A DNA stretch of 64,000 nucleotides from Azolla caroliniana (taxonomy: Eukaryota; Plantae; Polypodiophyta): positions 16,926,001 through 16,990,000 of the forward strand of contig JBHGNT010000014.1 in NCBI GenBank assembly GCA_043228905.1, given 5' to 3'. This document shows, in pieces, positions 23,841-37,720 of the stretch; the first letter of the stretch is position 1; each line of letters opens with the position of its first letter. The notes below the pieces were generated by a model. That model saw only the letters and a list, made by a program, of their open reading frames with translations, had not been told where the DNA came from and searched no databases. The position numbers and the translations under genes were made by a program.

Positions 23841-24956
23841 TTAGTAGCTAAGGCTATCTACTCCCAATCCATAAAGAACTCCCGCATATTGTTCCGTGGA
23901 GCCATTGCAATAACTCTCTTTGATTTCCCGAAAAACACACGAAGTGAGGAGGCTATCAGACCCTGCTTGATGAGATTCACCGAGCCGATCCACCCCCAGA
24001 CTAATAGCGAGGTTTGTAAGGCTTCCATGGAGAGCGTGAAACTTCATCATATACTTGATATCATAAAGTATAGGAAAGAATACCCTCACAACATTCATGA
24101 AATCAGACTCAAGCTCCGGAAGCTTCTTGCTTGTCAAGACTCGCAAAAGGTACCCAATATCGTAAGCACAATGGAATGTGATCCAATGGACTTCGGGGTT
24201 GAGAACAACACCAGAGGACATGAAAACCTCACCAAATCGCGCAAAACTTATACCATATCTCTTGAATTTGTCAAAATCAATCCCAGCGCGACGGAGGAGA
24301 TCGATCGACTCATGAGCACATACATCCTCAATTGGGCTGAACTCGCAAAAGTTGAATTGCCATATACAATACATCTTCTTCTTCTTCTTCTTCTTAGCCA
24401 CATTTTTATGTCTGGTTTCACAATCGATCGCTAAACCTGCACTGTCTTCTTCAATTAAATCGTTGGTCCCCGAACACAATTCCAATCCCGATTTTCCTCC
24501 TTGCCCATCCAAGATTTGTCTGCTTTCACACTCGGTTGGTGAAGACGAACCGAAACCAGCAGTGTTGTCTTGTCCATTTACACAATTGGGAGGCGAAACT
24601 GAACCTGACTTGTTCTCTTGACTAGATTCCTGTTTAGGCGGCGAAAGCAAACCAGTGTCCAACTCTTCTTCTGATTCCCATTCACACTTAGGAAGTGAAC
24701 CAAACTCATCCGAGAACGTGATACCGAGTTGTATGAGCTTCAGCGTGTTCACGTTGGCCTTCAAGGAGAGGTAGTTATATGATGGATCACCTCTGGAAAC
24801 GGAGACAGGTTTCAAGACAGTCCCAGGGAATTCAGTGTCCATGGCAACATATGGGTAGTCATCTACAATGCCTTGGATGACAGATATCTCTTTGTCCAAG
24901 TTGTCGGCCCAAACCTCACGGATCCATAGATCGTCTTTGTCGGGAGTCACCGCCAT
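23841..24956 (-). CDS. CAF1: CCR4-associated factor 1 (CAF1/POP2) DEDD deadenylase, 371 aa, single-exon ORF
   Basis: IREVWADNL, YPYVAMDTEFPG, LKLIQLGITF, WQFNF, SGVVLN..VHWITFH..YD.GYL, YDIKY, HQAGSDSLLT, GVLYGLG; acidic catalytic motifs present. Confidence 0.95.
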   Translation of the reverse strand: MAVTPDKDDLWIREVWADNLDKEISVIQGIVDDYPYVAMDTEFPGTVLKPVSVSRGDPSYNYLSLKANVNTLKLIQLGITFSDEFGSLPKCEWESEEELDTGLLSPPKQESSQENKSGSVSPPNCVNGQDNTAGFGSSSPTECESRQILDGQGGKSGLELCSGTNDLIEEDSAGLAIDCETRHKNVAKKKKKKKMYCIWQFNFCEFSPIEDVCAHESIDLLRRAGIDFDKFKRYGISFARFGEVFMSSGVVLNPEVHWITFHCAYDIGYLLRVLTSKKLPELESDFMNVVRVFFPILYDIKYMMKFHALHGSLTNLAISLGVDRLGESHQAGSDSLLTSCVFREIKESYCNGSTEQYAGVLYGLGVDSLSY

Positions 24957-25619
24957 TATTCCAGTATATCTTATGTTTCTGCTTTGCTTTCTGATCCTCT
25001 ATCAGAAGAAGTTTTTTAGAAGTGATCTTTTCCTTCTTTCCTTTCCTCTTAAGAAGAACCCAATTTCCTTCCCCTTTCCTGAAATAACCTGCTTTTCTTT
25101 TATATGTGGCTTCCCTTCTTTTTACTCTGCTTTCCCTTCCAAAATCTATGAGAAGGAGAAGCTACTGTCGTTTTTTCTTCCTCACTCCCCCCTGTGAAAA
25201 GCAAGAGAGCAAAAGATTTGCTTTCTCTTGAAATAGAACCAAATTTTGCGTTTCGTCCTCCGAGAAAGAAAATCGATTCCCTGTCGCTCTCTTCACCAAA
25301 AAGAGTGAGCTCTCTCTCTCTCTGTCTGACTATGAGCTTCCTCTGAGAGAGAGAGACAGACAGAGAAGTTAGGGTTTGGTGGATCACAACCGGCAACGAG
25401 TAAGGAAGGGGGGGCCGAAATCGCACAGATCTGCAGAAGCTTTCCTTCCTAGAGCATGTATGTGATAGAAACAGGGGAAACAGATATTTTCGTTCTTATT
25501 TCTGCTTTTGTTTTTATTTTTATTTCTGTCTTTGCTTATTTATTTATTTATTTATCTATCTATCTACATAGTTTTTTTTTATCTACATAGTTATTTTGTT
25601 TTCTTTTTTAATTACTTTA

Positions 25620-25750
25620 TTTTTTGTTTTTTTTTAATTACTTTATTTTTTATTTTTTTATTTTTTTATTTTTTATTTTTTATTTTTTATTTTTTTATTT
25701 TTTATTTTTTATTTTTTATTTTTTATTTTTTTATTTTTTATTTTTTTATC
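25620..25750. repeat. Low-complexity (T6-8A)n tract upstream of CAF1
   Basis: Direct reading of repeated TTTTTTA units. Confidence 0.85.
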
Positions 25751-25992
25751 CTTCTCTGAGAGCTCATTGACAAGAAGAAACTCTTGGAAAAGAATCCAGT
25801 GCTAGAATTTCGAATTCCGTTGGTAAAATTCAGAAGGATCATGCAAGAAGGCAATATCATCTTTTTGGCCATAATCTATAAATCCAGCAATAGCACACAG
25901 TCTCGGCCCTCTCCTCAAAACTTAAGGCCAAATCCACAAATGTCTCTCTGGATGCTCGAAGAGTTTTCATCCTCTGGACACAGGTCTCACAC

Positions 25993-25995
<3 letters not shown>

Positions 25996-26038
<43 letters not shown>
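25996..26038. repeat. (TG)n microsatellite
   Basis: About 21 TG units. Confidence 0.95.
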
Positions 26039-26039
<1 letters not shown>

Positions 26040-26115
26040 TAGACACTTGAAGAGTTTCAATACGATCCTCTAGATCTGAGGCCTCACGCCCGTTGCCTGG
26101 ACACCATAATGCCTA

Positions 26116-26463
26116 ACACCCATGGGGAAAAACGAACTTCGAAATGTCATCGACATCTGCTGGAACATGAACAATCCAAGTACCGTGTACGCGACCGCTT
26201 GCTGCTCTTTGCCTCTCATGAACTTGTTTGAGACGGAACTTGCTTCTTCAATCATCCTCCTCTTTGTTCTCCCAATCGCCCATCACCCTGAAAACACACA
26301 TGGGGAAAGAAAGACGAACTTCGAATGTCTTCGACATTTGCAACGTGAATGCCCTAGGTACCGTGTACGCAACCAATTGATGCTCGGCCTCTCGTGAAGT
26401 TGTTCGAGACGGAACATGCTTCTTCAATCATATCCTCCTCTTCGTTCTCCCAATCGCCCATCT
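26116..26463. repeat. Tandem duplication of a ~170-bp unit
   Basis: 26116-26284 and 26294-26463 share CATGGGGAAA...GAACTTCGAA...GTACCGTGTACGC...GAGACGGAAC...TTCTCCCAATCGCCCATC. Confidence 0.8.
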
Positions 26464-26479
26464 CAGGTTGACAAGACAA

Positions 26480-28570
26480 TGAGTATACATTGTATGGAAG
26501 CAATGGTGCATATCACAACCAAATGAATGGGGATAGAGTATGCCATTTATGGACGGATCTATGAAATTTACACACTCGGCAAAGAAGATGGTTTCGTAGT
26601 TTCATGTAACCTACGTAATGCATATTGTGCGTGAAATGTGAGCCTATAGATTTGTCCTAAATCGTGATACATTGGCATTGTAAAGAAGCCTTTGAAGTGT
26701 CCATCATTCAAACCATTTCTATTTTGCGTTCATCTAGAACTCAATCTTTTGTTGTGTGTATGTCGACAACAAGTTCCAACATATGGCGAATGAAAATTTT
26801 CATGATTTTATAAGTTGTGGTGTCATCCTCGCCTACCAAGACGACATGCTCATGAGTCATACACACATGACCGTGGCAAGTGCACCTATAGGTACTACAA
26901 TGGACAAGCAATATAGTTTGCAATTACAAATTAAGACGTGTTAACTGTGGGAGTATGCAACTCGCATTTTTAGGGTTCATCATTTTGGTTGTCATACAAG
27001 AAGATATTGCAATGATCACAACAATCACCAATTTTCTGATTCCAATGTTATCAAAGATCCGCTAGAGTTTCATAGGAATGGTAAACTTCTCCCTACAATT
27101 CATTCCTAAACACAATGCAATCGCACACGCCCTTCATCAAGTACTCAAAAAAGGAAATGATATGGACAAAATAGTGCAATTAGAGCTTCACAAAACTCAA
27201 AACACTTAATTCAAAACACAAACAGACTAGCTCAACATGATTACTATAATCATTTAAGTTACAAACAATTGCTTCAAATCACAATTAAGATACACCACTC
27301 GTGCTACAACCAATTTGCCTTTGTCAACGGGTCGCTTACAAAAGAGTTGAAGAAATTACTCCAATATGGAAAAAGAGTTGCTAGCTATTGTCTAGGCTTT
27401 CAAAAGCTCCACTCCTACTTACCTTCATGGCACGTCAATTCAAGCAAAATGAATCATCGACCGCTTGTTTAATTCATCTACAAGTGACAACCTCTCGGGC
27501 ATTTACTCTGTTAGACACTAGCTCTACAAGAGTTCGTGTTCACACTAGCGTATAGGAAAGGGTGTTGATGAATTGTCCTAACTCCTATATAGAGCACTGA
27601 GTAGTACCTTTTATTCCCTTACCAAATGACCTCCCTATCAATATCAACAAAATGGTCGCACTTCAGCAATAAGACCTAGAATTAGCCACGATCTTCTAAA
27701 TGTAAGAAATCCTAGGTTGCATCCTTTTAACAGCAATTCATACTCATTAATGAAATGGTACACTACATCATTGGACGCTCGCCACATGTTTACATCCCAT
27801 CAACCCTCTATCAATACTAGATGCTAATTTATCACAATAATCCCTATAAAAGATCCACAACCACTTTCAATAGCTCAAGGTGTATTAGTCAATACTATAA
27901 TCCCTACAAACATGTGGTATTCACCAAAGCATTTAAAACCTTGGTCACAACATCATCTCCCATCTATTCGAACTAATAAAATGGAACCTCATTAGCCCCT
28001 TTCCAAAATCATGTTACAATAGATATATTTTAGTCATCACCTAATACTTCATTAGTGCATTAGTTGCTATCTCCAACACATCCTTCTCTACAAAGACTTC
28101 TGTTTTGTTTCATCAAGTTGTTTTCAACCATAACTATTCCGTCAAGATCTTGTCGAATGATGAAACACAATTTGAAAGCAAAGTCATTCAACTATTGACA
28201 CGTCATTTAGGCGTGCAACAAGTGTCCGCGCCTCCTTATCAACCCCAAAGCAACAATCTTACCAAGACATCAAAACAATTAAACAATTTATTACCATCAA
28301 ATCAAGGATCAAACTATCCCTGATGTGGTGCATGCCTATAACACTACATTGCAAACTTCTACCAAGACAAGCCCTTGTCGGGCACTATATGAGCACAACC
28401 CTCAAGTTATCCCAAAGATGACAACAACCTCTATGGATCCCAAAAGACAAGATGCCACTATTTAGTGACTACATCTCAAGCAAACACTTGCCCCTCAATT
28501 GATTCGATACCCAATCTAACCTCGCATCCACCCAACAATGGAAAAAATTGATTCATAACCTTGGGCACTA
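26480..28570 (+). mobile_element. Highly degenerate Ty3/gypsy pol relic (RT, RNase H, integrase)
   Basis: Fragments in gypsy order: FQHMAN..ILAYQDDML (YxDD), SFIGMVNF..FIP, EKELLAIV, HRPLV, LALQEF..L.YRKG, ILSNDETQFES...SAPPYQPQSN. Boundaries approximate. Confidence 0.7.
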
Positions 28571-30665
28571 GGATGTTGTCATGCAAGTTGCGGTTGTTGG
28601 GTTGAATCACCATGATTTTATTCGATGGGAGATTATAGAAATCAATGAGATGGTTCGGAGAGAGAGCTTGGGATTATTCAAAAATAGTTGTCAATTTACA
28701 CCACTTAAAAGTTAACACTTTAATCATCTCGAGAATGTAAAATGACTTAAGTTACAACCCTCCTATACACATGAATTGATAAATGTTTGAGGGGCAAAAG
28801 CTTTTGTGATAGGTTATTCCCCTTCCTCTATGTTTTTCTCAAACTTCTTAATTGCATTATCTTCAATAGTTCTTTCTTTTTTCGCTCTTATTCTCTCTTA
28901 TCACTTTCTTTTTCTTATTCTTCTCTATTATACTTCTTATTCTTCGTCTTTACTGAATAATCGTGCTCCTTGATGTTATTACTTGGTTCTTTACTATCAC
29001 TCCTTTATTGAATGATTATTTTCTTCCTTGATCCCTCTTTCTATTGCTCTCCAAGTGGTTTCTATAGGATACTCACCATCTTTATTAAGGTGGTTGGGAT
29101 GTTTCTAGGCTTCTATAAATGTTTATAGAACATTATTTTTAAAATTATAAAAATATATGTTCAATTTTAGATCAATCATCCCCTAAAATTACACATATGA
29201 CCTGAAATATAGGGCCTATATTCCTTGTGTTATACCAATCCTTTCTTGAAATTACAAATCTGGCCCAAATATTCGAGAGGTCACAACTCAATCTTTAAAC
29301 AGCTTATTCATATGGTGTTTGCTCTAATGAGCCATTTACTTTGTGAACTTTGAGCTTCATGACAACATAGACTATACATGCAACTTGATGATGCAACTCT
29401 ATTTCCCAATCCGCAGGAAGAGCGTTAGTGAATCATTTATGGGCAGATGGTTGTACGGATTGCACGATGTCATCCCCTGAGTAAGAACACTTACCAACTT
29501 TCCCTCTTATCCAACAACTCCATCCCATTCACACATGTCATTCAGATGAAGACTTAGAACGTGACATCCAACATAGACCACACCCAACCCTAAGGGTAAA
29601 TTAAAAAATGTTGAAACCCTTACCCCTTAGCCAATGGACAATGATTTTGCCATGGCCACATCCCTCGCCTCTTAGCCACCACAAAGTTGGGGCAAACTCA
29701 AAAACATCCCAACTCTTGCACCCACCTCCTCCTCCGCACTCCACCATCTCCAAACATTTCTATGAAATCCTAATAGCAACTTCACCCGCCTCATCTTCCT
29801 TTACACTTCCGCCAACTCCATATATTTCTATTAAATTAACATGAATTGTTGTACTTAAACATTTCAATAATTCCTCTAATGTATCCATAAAAGACATCCA
29901 TACACTCATCAATTTCTATTAAATCGTAATTGTGCATTAATTCTTGTAATTTATTTACATTCTTTCTTGTCTCTCAACATTCTCGAAGCAAATAAGAAAA
30001 ATCTCGAATGTTAAATTATGTAAAAAAATCTCATGTTGGCAAAGGGTTCATTCGATTATTTACTTTCTATAGGGAAAGAACGGCCTCCCAAACAATCTTT
30101 ATTCCTAATGCGGTTCAAGCATATAGTGGAGAAAGTGGAACACAAGCTTGCCACCATAACTTCTGACTCTAGCATAAACAGATCCATCATATAACAATTT
30201 TTTTCTCCATTCGCATTGCAATGCTACATGGTTCTACCAATATAATGGGACAATATGAGCATTCTTGCACAAAGAAGTGGTTCTCAAATTGAACATCACC
30301 AATAATAACTCCAACCTTAGTGCATGCACTTGAAGGTTCCCAAATTCAATGGTAGCTAACTCCAACCATGGTTAATCATTTCAATTGGCCAAGCACCTTT
30401 CTCATATATTGTAGACATAATGATATTTTTGAAACCTTGATCAATTAAGGCAATGCATGGTTTTAATAATCATCTTATTTTAATTGGAACTTCGATAGTA
30501 TTTTGTGGCCTTCGCTTTTATTAACACCTAATGTACTATCAATGTTCTTTGTAGTTACATTACATATATTAACTTTATAACATGCCTATTGGGTTTACAT
30601 GCATTTCTAGTTTTGACTTGAAGTTTTATTTTTATAGTGTTTATTGTATCCTCATAAAAGTCTCT

Positions 30666-33600
30666 ACAAGGAAGGGAACGCAAACAATGGGAGAAGCTAT
30701 GTGTCCACCTTAACCTGCGAGACATCTGGCATTCTGCCAACTTCCAACGAAAAAGGGACTCTCTCCTATTCTCCCGATCAGACGAGCGGAATAGTGGACC
30801 CACCCTTTCTCGCATTGACTGCATTTATGTGGGGGAGGCTTTAGAAGCGAAGGGAGGGTGGTGTCACATAACTCCAAGCACGACTTTCTTTTACCATTAC
30901 CCGGTAGCTGGTCATTTTCAATTGCACCGAAAATGGGGCCCATTCCAAACTCGCATCCCACACACTATTTACACACTTATAGACGTGAAGGACCAACTAT
31001 CCAACCAATGGTCATTACCCGTCAATGGCTCATCAGCATCGGACAAACTTTTAGCTAATTAACAAGAGCCTCTACTCTCCTACATGAGATTGTCAAGACC
31101 AGACACAAGGATGCTCAGGAGAAGCGACAGAGGACAAAACGGGGACTAATAGCCTTACAACGCCTCCAACAGAGATACCCATCCTGTAGTTGGATCGCAG
31201 GACAAGTCGCCACGGCCAAACAGGAACTTAGCATGGCAGAAAAGGCAATATATGACATGGAGTTTCATGGCAGCATGGCGCGATGGATTCGAGTAGGGGA
31301 CAAAACCACAAAGGAATTCTTCCGCTCCAAAGGCCCGAGGCACGCAAGAACTGTGATGCGCAACCTCAACCGGGAGGATGGAACAACCACTGAGGATGGC
31401 GACGAAATGAGGAATATTGCCACAAGGTATTATAGCCGCCTACTTACCGAAGACATGATAGCTACAGAGGAAGACATAAGCGATGATATTATCCTCCAAA
31501 GCATACCCGGGAAAGTCACACCGGAAATGAATACCTGGCTTGTGCGTCCTCTATCAATCATTGAGATATAGGAGGCCCTCACTGATTTAGATGCTGAGAG
31601 TTGCCCCGGAATTGACGGTCTCACCCCGCACTTTTTCACATGCCTCTGGGGCACTATTAAAGAAGACCTCCTCCAGGCATATGAGGAGATCATCACCTCT
31701 GGAAGCATGCCGGAGGAATTTGGACAGGGGATGATACATCTCATTCCTAAAAGTGGTGGGAATGCCAACGACATTCACAAGTGGCAGCCCATTACTCTTC
31801 TCAATACTATCTATAAGTTGCTCGCAAAAATCGTGGCACGCCGTTTAACTCCACTTCTTCCTCAACTCATTCATCCGTCACAGACAAGTTTCGTTAGAAA
31901 TCGGAGCATCCTAGACAACCTCTTCTCATTTTGGGAAGCAGTAGCCCTTGCCAAGCAGACCAACAAGAAGGTAGCGGTGGTGCTACTAGATTTTGAGAAA
32001 GCCTATGATAGGGTATGTTGGAACTTTCTAGAAAGTGTGATGAGGAAACTCGGCTTTCAAGAGGCATGGATCAAAGGCATTGCAGGATTTTATAGGAATG
32101 GCAGCAGTTGTGTTTCGCTGGCAGGTGAAAGGGGCCCCTTTTTCCGAATATCCCGCTCTGTACGGCAGGGATGTCCACTAGCTCCATCCTTATTTCTATT
32201 ATACGCCGAAGCACTCTCTTGCTTTCTCAACTCGCGGCATCTCAACCTACATGGTCTTCCCATACCTCATTCTTACCAAAGCATCCTGGATATAGAATTT
32301 GCAGATGACACAGCAGTCTACCTGCAAGGGGACCTGGAAAACCTCCAAAAGCTAGAAAGTGGGCTAGTTTTATTTTGCAAGCGATCCAACGCCATGATCA
32401 ATTGGCACAAATCCTGTGCAATATGGCTTTCTCAGGAAACACATCCGGCGTGGCACCCTCACCCCGCTTTCAAATGGATCAATCAAGGAGCGAGCACCAA
32501 ATATTTGGGCTTCCAAATTGGCTTCAACATACCGCCGGAGACTATGATTGCACCCGTTATCCTCTCCATTCGACAAAAGTTGATACATTAGAGCTCTAAA
32601 AAATTGTCGCTAGCAGGTCGCATCATAGTGGCAAATAAGGTACTCCTCGCAACAGCATGGTACAGTCTATCATGTTGGACAATGTCCAAGGACAGTATAC
32701 ATCAGATTCAACGACTGGTCCGCAACTACATTTGGTCTGGTAAGGAAGACCATGTAGCTCGCGCCAAGGTTGCGTGGCCTATACTCACAACGCCTAAGTT
32801 GAGGGGGGGATTGGGTCTTATTGATCCCCTTTCACAATCGAAAGCCTTACTTGCCAAATTTGTGGTGCGAGGACTCCAACCAGGAAATGATTATTGGAAA
32901 ATGCTACTGAGATTACGTTTCGCTTACTTTAAGCCACGAAAAGGGGTCGATTGGGCCCCCCAAACGGGATGGATTCTAAACATGGATCTCAAACCTAGTT
33001 TCTCCCGCCATTTGGAGGACAGATTCAGTGCATCCATGTGGAAGGCATGGTGTGACATTCGTCGGGGGCTCCAGTGTGATCAACCGAGATCCGAACCTGC
33101 CTGGCTCAGTCAACGTATTCTATGGAACCCATGTCTCAAGGATGAATCTAATCAACTACTGGGATCACGTAAGGGGTTGTCATGGGGATACATTGCAGAA
33201 GGTCCAGGCAAAAGTATTGAATGTTGGCGACGGTTTATGTCAATGCCACTACAAGATCAAGCGAACATACTCCATGGAATCAGGGGCGGATGGACTATGA
33301 GATCGGAAATCATTAACGCGTTACTGATTAGGGACTCTGCTATTCAAAGGACGACAATGGAGAAATGGATAGGCCACGAGGAGGAGGGCTCTCTGATCCC
33401 AAGAGGTAGGGGATCACCAAACACGCTCGAAGGCCATGAAGTGAGAGACACTGCGACACCCACACAGAATAACGCCATTTGAGTACTCGCGTACACTGGT
33501 CATAAATGGATTGTAGATCCTGATTCGATTAAAGTACAACCCGATTGGCATATATGTACTCATGAAAACACATGGCTGCGTAAGGTCAGTTGGGACCCTT

Positions 33601-34510
33601 TGCAATGGACATGGCGTGATCCCTACGCGGGGCAAGGAAGTAAACCCATCCCTTTCTTCCAATTCACAACTAGATTGGGTCGCCACATTCTAGCTGCTCA
33701 AGCCGCCCGAGAACCGGCTACTGCGAAGGTCTGGCACACATTTCAAGTTCCCTCCGCAATAATCACCAAGTTTTGGCAGAAAATCTGGAAGCAACAACAC
33801 GCGAGGCGAATTACCACTTTCCAATGGTTGTTAATACATAAGGCCCTACCGGTGGGAGCATGGCAACGTGGGAACCTTAACTCTCCGAATTGTGTAGAGT
33901 GCCCACATGCAGTAGAATCCATACGACACGCTCTGTGGGACTGCCCAACGTCCCATAGAATATGGCGGGGGGTTGGCCGCTTGTTGCAATTATGCCAGGT
34001 GCAAGGTTCAATCGAGTGGGGAAATATATGTTGGCTATCATGGCAGGCTGCAATTGGCCGATACGAGCATCAGGAGGAGGGGATGACTTTGGTGATAAAA
34101 GCACAAGAGGTTCTTTTCTCCTCCAGCGACAATGTCCACTATTTTCCTCTTAATGACAAATCTCAAGAGGTGTTGGAATTGGTCAGCCCAATAACCCTTT
34201 GGATTCTATGGAAACAACGATGTAGGCGAGTCTTCTCCAACCAAACCACCCATCCAACAAGGTTACTGCAAGAGATATGGAGTGAAATTGTAGCCACTCT
34301 GAAAAGCCAATATGATGGCCTTAAAGGTGGCTCCGAGGGAGTTGAAAGACAACGTATAGCCTTCATCCAACAATGGTCGTCCTCTCCCTTTCTTGAGTCA
34401 GTGGGCTTCCACATTAGATGGAACTATCACGTCCCTTTAGGAATTTGTACATAATCGCCTCATTTGTAAAATTTTATAACTAATGGAAGGAGTTTTTTTT
34501 TTGGAAAAAA
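30666..34510 (+). mobile_element. 5'-truncated L1-clade LINE (ORF2 with stops and frameshifts)
   Basis: TSD AAAAGTCTCT at 30656-30665 and 34511-34520, with an A tail. Endonuclease end SRIDCIYV..HYPV; RT LLDFEKAYDRV, SVRQGCPLAPSLF, FADDT, KYLG; C-terminal CxxC..ES..H....C zinc knuckle. Confidence 0.93.
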
Positions 34511-35882
34511 AAAAGTCTCTTTTGGTTATTCCTAACACTTGTTTTAAAGGAATACTTTACAATTGAAAATTATTTCCTCTATGACTTAATATCAACAAAA
34601 TTCTCCATGTCATGGAGCTATGTATAGGTAGGGGATCTTACCCTTTGTTTTCTCTTCATTATTTGCTTTTTTTCTCCCATTACTATGAGTGTCGTATATT
34701 TTTTTAAGGGTCCTCATCAATATCAATACTTCTTCGTTTCTCCTCTAGAGTTGTTTCATGATTTTGAATTAAAGCTTAGTTAGATAAGGAATCAAATGGA
34801 TTGTTCCAACATGTTCATTTCATATAGCATCTTATGAATTTACTAAATTGTATTTTCCCAACTTTTTTCTACAAAATGAATAAGTTTAAAACCAAAATCC
34901 AAGCTTTATTCATGCGTTCACGCCCTAGTTCTAGTCACAACTAACTAGAATCCATGGTGTGAATGGTATATAACAAACACTTTCATTGTTTCTATTTCAT
35001 CTTTAGTTTCCTCCAACCCATCTTTACCAAATTTCAATGGTAACGACATTCTAGATTCATTGGAATGAATTATACCCTCTTTCACATGTACAACATTCTT
35101 ATTTAAAGATTCTTTAGATTACTACATTCATGGGATTGGTGCTTTGTACTATAGCACCAAATACATCTTTTTATGTAGTTTCCCTGAGGTGCAACTTTAG
35201 TTTCTCCTAATTTTGCACACTTTATGTTTAGGTCATGCATTTCTTTTACTAGGTCCTCAAGCAGTAAGTTTTGCTTGAGGTGTGTTGGATACTCTTAGAT
35301 TCCTTCAACCAACATCTGATTAGAAATCTCAATCCCCACTTTCCCTTTTTTTGCATCCTTCTGCTAATGTTTCTACAAACATTCATGACAATTTTTCGAT
35401 CTATCATCAAGCATTGTCAATATCCAAATATTCTAGAAGAAGGTTCAAGTCATTCCAATCCAAACCCTTTGCAAATTGCATAAACATATCTACCTTCTTT
35501 GATTATAGCGAACATTGATACTGTGTAAACTATGAAAATTGAAATTCTAGTTCATGTAAAATCTCCTTTTATTAATTCTCAATTGATCGTGAAGGGCATA
35601 TTCTCTAAGCATTGGTTCCTTAAAAGCATCCTATAACCCCCCAAAAATTTAAAAAAGTAATTTTGAATTTCAATTACTTTATCATTTACCTTGCTTGTCA
35701 TTATTCTACAAAGCATCCAAACATTCATAAAACTCCAATCCCTTGTCAATGCATTTCATTTTGAATGTTTTTAAAAACCGTGAGGCATTCATGGCACTTG
35801 TCATCAAACCACCCATATTTGTAAGTAGAAACTTGTCGTCCCTATATAAAGACAATTCAATACAATTTGCTATATTTTGTTA

Positions 35883-37667
35883 GGGAAAAGTACCAGGATA
35901 CCCCTGGAAGTTTGTCTATTTACCAGAATACCCCTGAAAGTTCTAAATTTACCAAACTACCCCTATATCCAAAAAAATACATTCTATAAAGTAAATATAC
36001 ACTCAAATGTACAAGCCATATTTACCAAACTACCCTTAAACCTAGACTTTTTTACCATAGGGCTAGTTTGGTAAATTTGGCTCATAAATCATATCCCCCT
36101 CAAACCCTCCACATCCCCATCATATCCCCCTCGAACCATATCCATCGTCCTCATCATCATCTTCACCATACTCATCTTCCTCTTCGACATCTGCCTCATC
36201 ACCACCACCACCACCATCATCATTAGGAATTTCCTCCCCCAATTTACCATCTCTTCACACGACAGCAGCTCTCTGCTAACCTAGACATCTCCATCGACCT
36301 TTTCGAAGCTTCGTATCCATGGCGGTGCAGGATATTATTGCATCGGAGAAGAAGAAAATTGTGGTAAGGATAGCCAAAAAACATCGTGGCCACCACATCG
36401 TCTTTCTGAGGGAAGCTTTAACCCTAGCTCTAATTCCTTTGATCATCACCACGAGCACGAAGATACGGCCATCAAATGGGGTATCCCTTAGACCCTACGC
36501 ATCAGAACCATCATGCCGCAGTAAAGGGGAAGCAACATGGTGATCTATCCAAAGTATCGACTTTGGATTACCTTTCTGATTCGGACCTGTCTTCCACTCG
36601 GATAAACTCTATCGGTGGGGTGGATCCTGATTTTACTCGGATTAAGGCTTCGACCAATGATCAAATCAAGTTAATGTGTAGCTTCGGTGGAAAGATCATG
36701 TCTCGGCCAATGGATGGGAAGCTCCCATATGTAGGAGGAGATACTCACATTTTGAATGTCATTAGCAAAGCCTCCTATTCTTCTCATCATGATCCACAAT
36801 TCTATATGGCTGCAGAATCTCCCAAAAATACTCTAGGAAACAAAAATAGCTTGTAAATAGAAATTTGTAGTCATGGACCAAAAATAATTTAATCCAAGGG
36901 ATAAGATTTAAGATTTTTTTTCCCAAAAATGTTCCATGTACTCCCTTCGGATCATGAAAATAAAAACTTCTGGTTGTAATTTGTGTATCTGTAGACCAAA
37001 CTTGATATATTCACCCAGGATCTATGGGAGAAAGGAACTAGGTTTTCAAGGGATTATGGGTGTATTCACCCAAAATGTTCAAACTTCATAATATTCCCCT
37101 GTGATTGCTCAAAAAAGGAACCAGAATTTGATAGAAGTTGCAAAAAAGGATGCAATGTGTTTGCAACCTTAAGGCAAATTTGTTGCGAACAACTCACAGT
37201 AAATATGTAACATAAAGTTTGAGACTGAGAAAGAAGGAAACAAACAGAAGGAAAGACAAACTTTGTGTAAGAAAACAAATTTTGTGATTTCACATAATGT
37301 TAACTCTCAGGATAAAGGGTTCAGAATTAAGATTTTTGAAGGTTTGAATAATCTATTTGAATTGCGTTGCACAGATTTTGCTGTAAAATTGCATTATTCA
37401 TCTGAATCTGTGGGAAAATAGCAATTAGGATTTGGTTTCTACTGTAAGCAATTACATATAAATGTTTCACACACCCCATCTGGATATATAGAGAGAAATG
37501 CCAATTTTGCATTGCAATTTTGCATTGCTCTTGCATAAGGTGATTTCAAATGGTTAGATGAGTACTTAGATTCTTATGTTGATCTAGCTATACATAGCTT
37601 CTCACCACAGACAATTGGTTATGAACCTCGCCTGAGAAGATCTAAAAATGACTACATATAAACACAA

Positions 37668-37720
<53 letters not shown>

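Noticed and set aside
23889-24434. 181-aa antisense ORF over CAF1, and similar antisense ORFs over the PPR, RT and LINE sequences
   Set aside because: Shadow frames of real coding sequence, with no recognisable motifs.
25508-25759. Hydrophobic Phe-rich ORFs (also 50733-51223 and 51396-51668)
   Set aside because: Translations of T-rich low-complexity or minisatellite DNA, not membrane proteins.
29200-35800. hAT transposase relic flanking the LINE (LH.YMLEP-like word near 30110 on minus)
   Set aside because: One weak motif only; no termini found.
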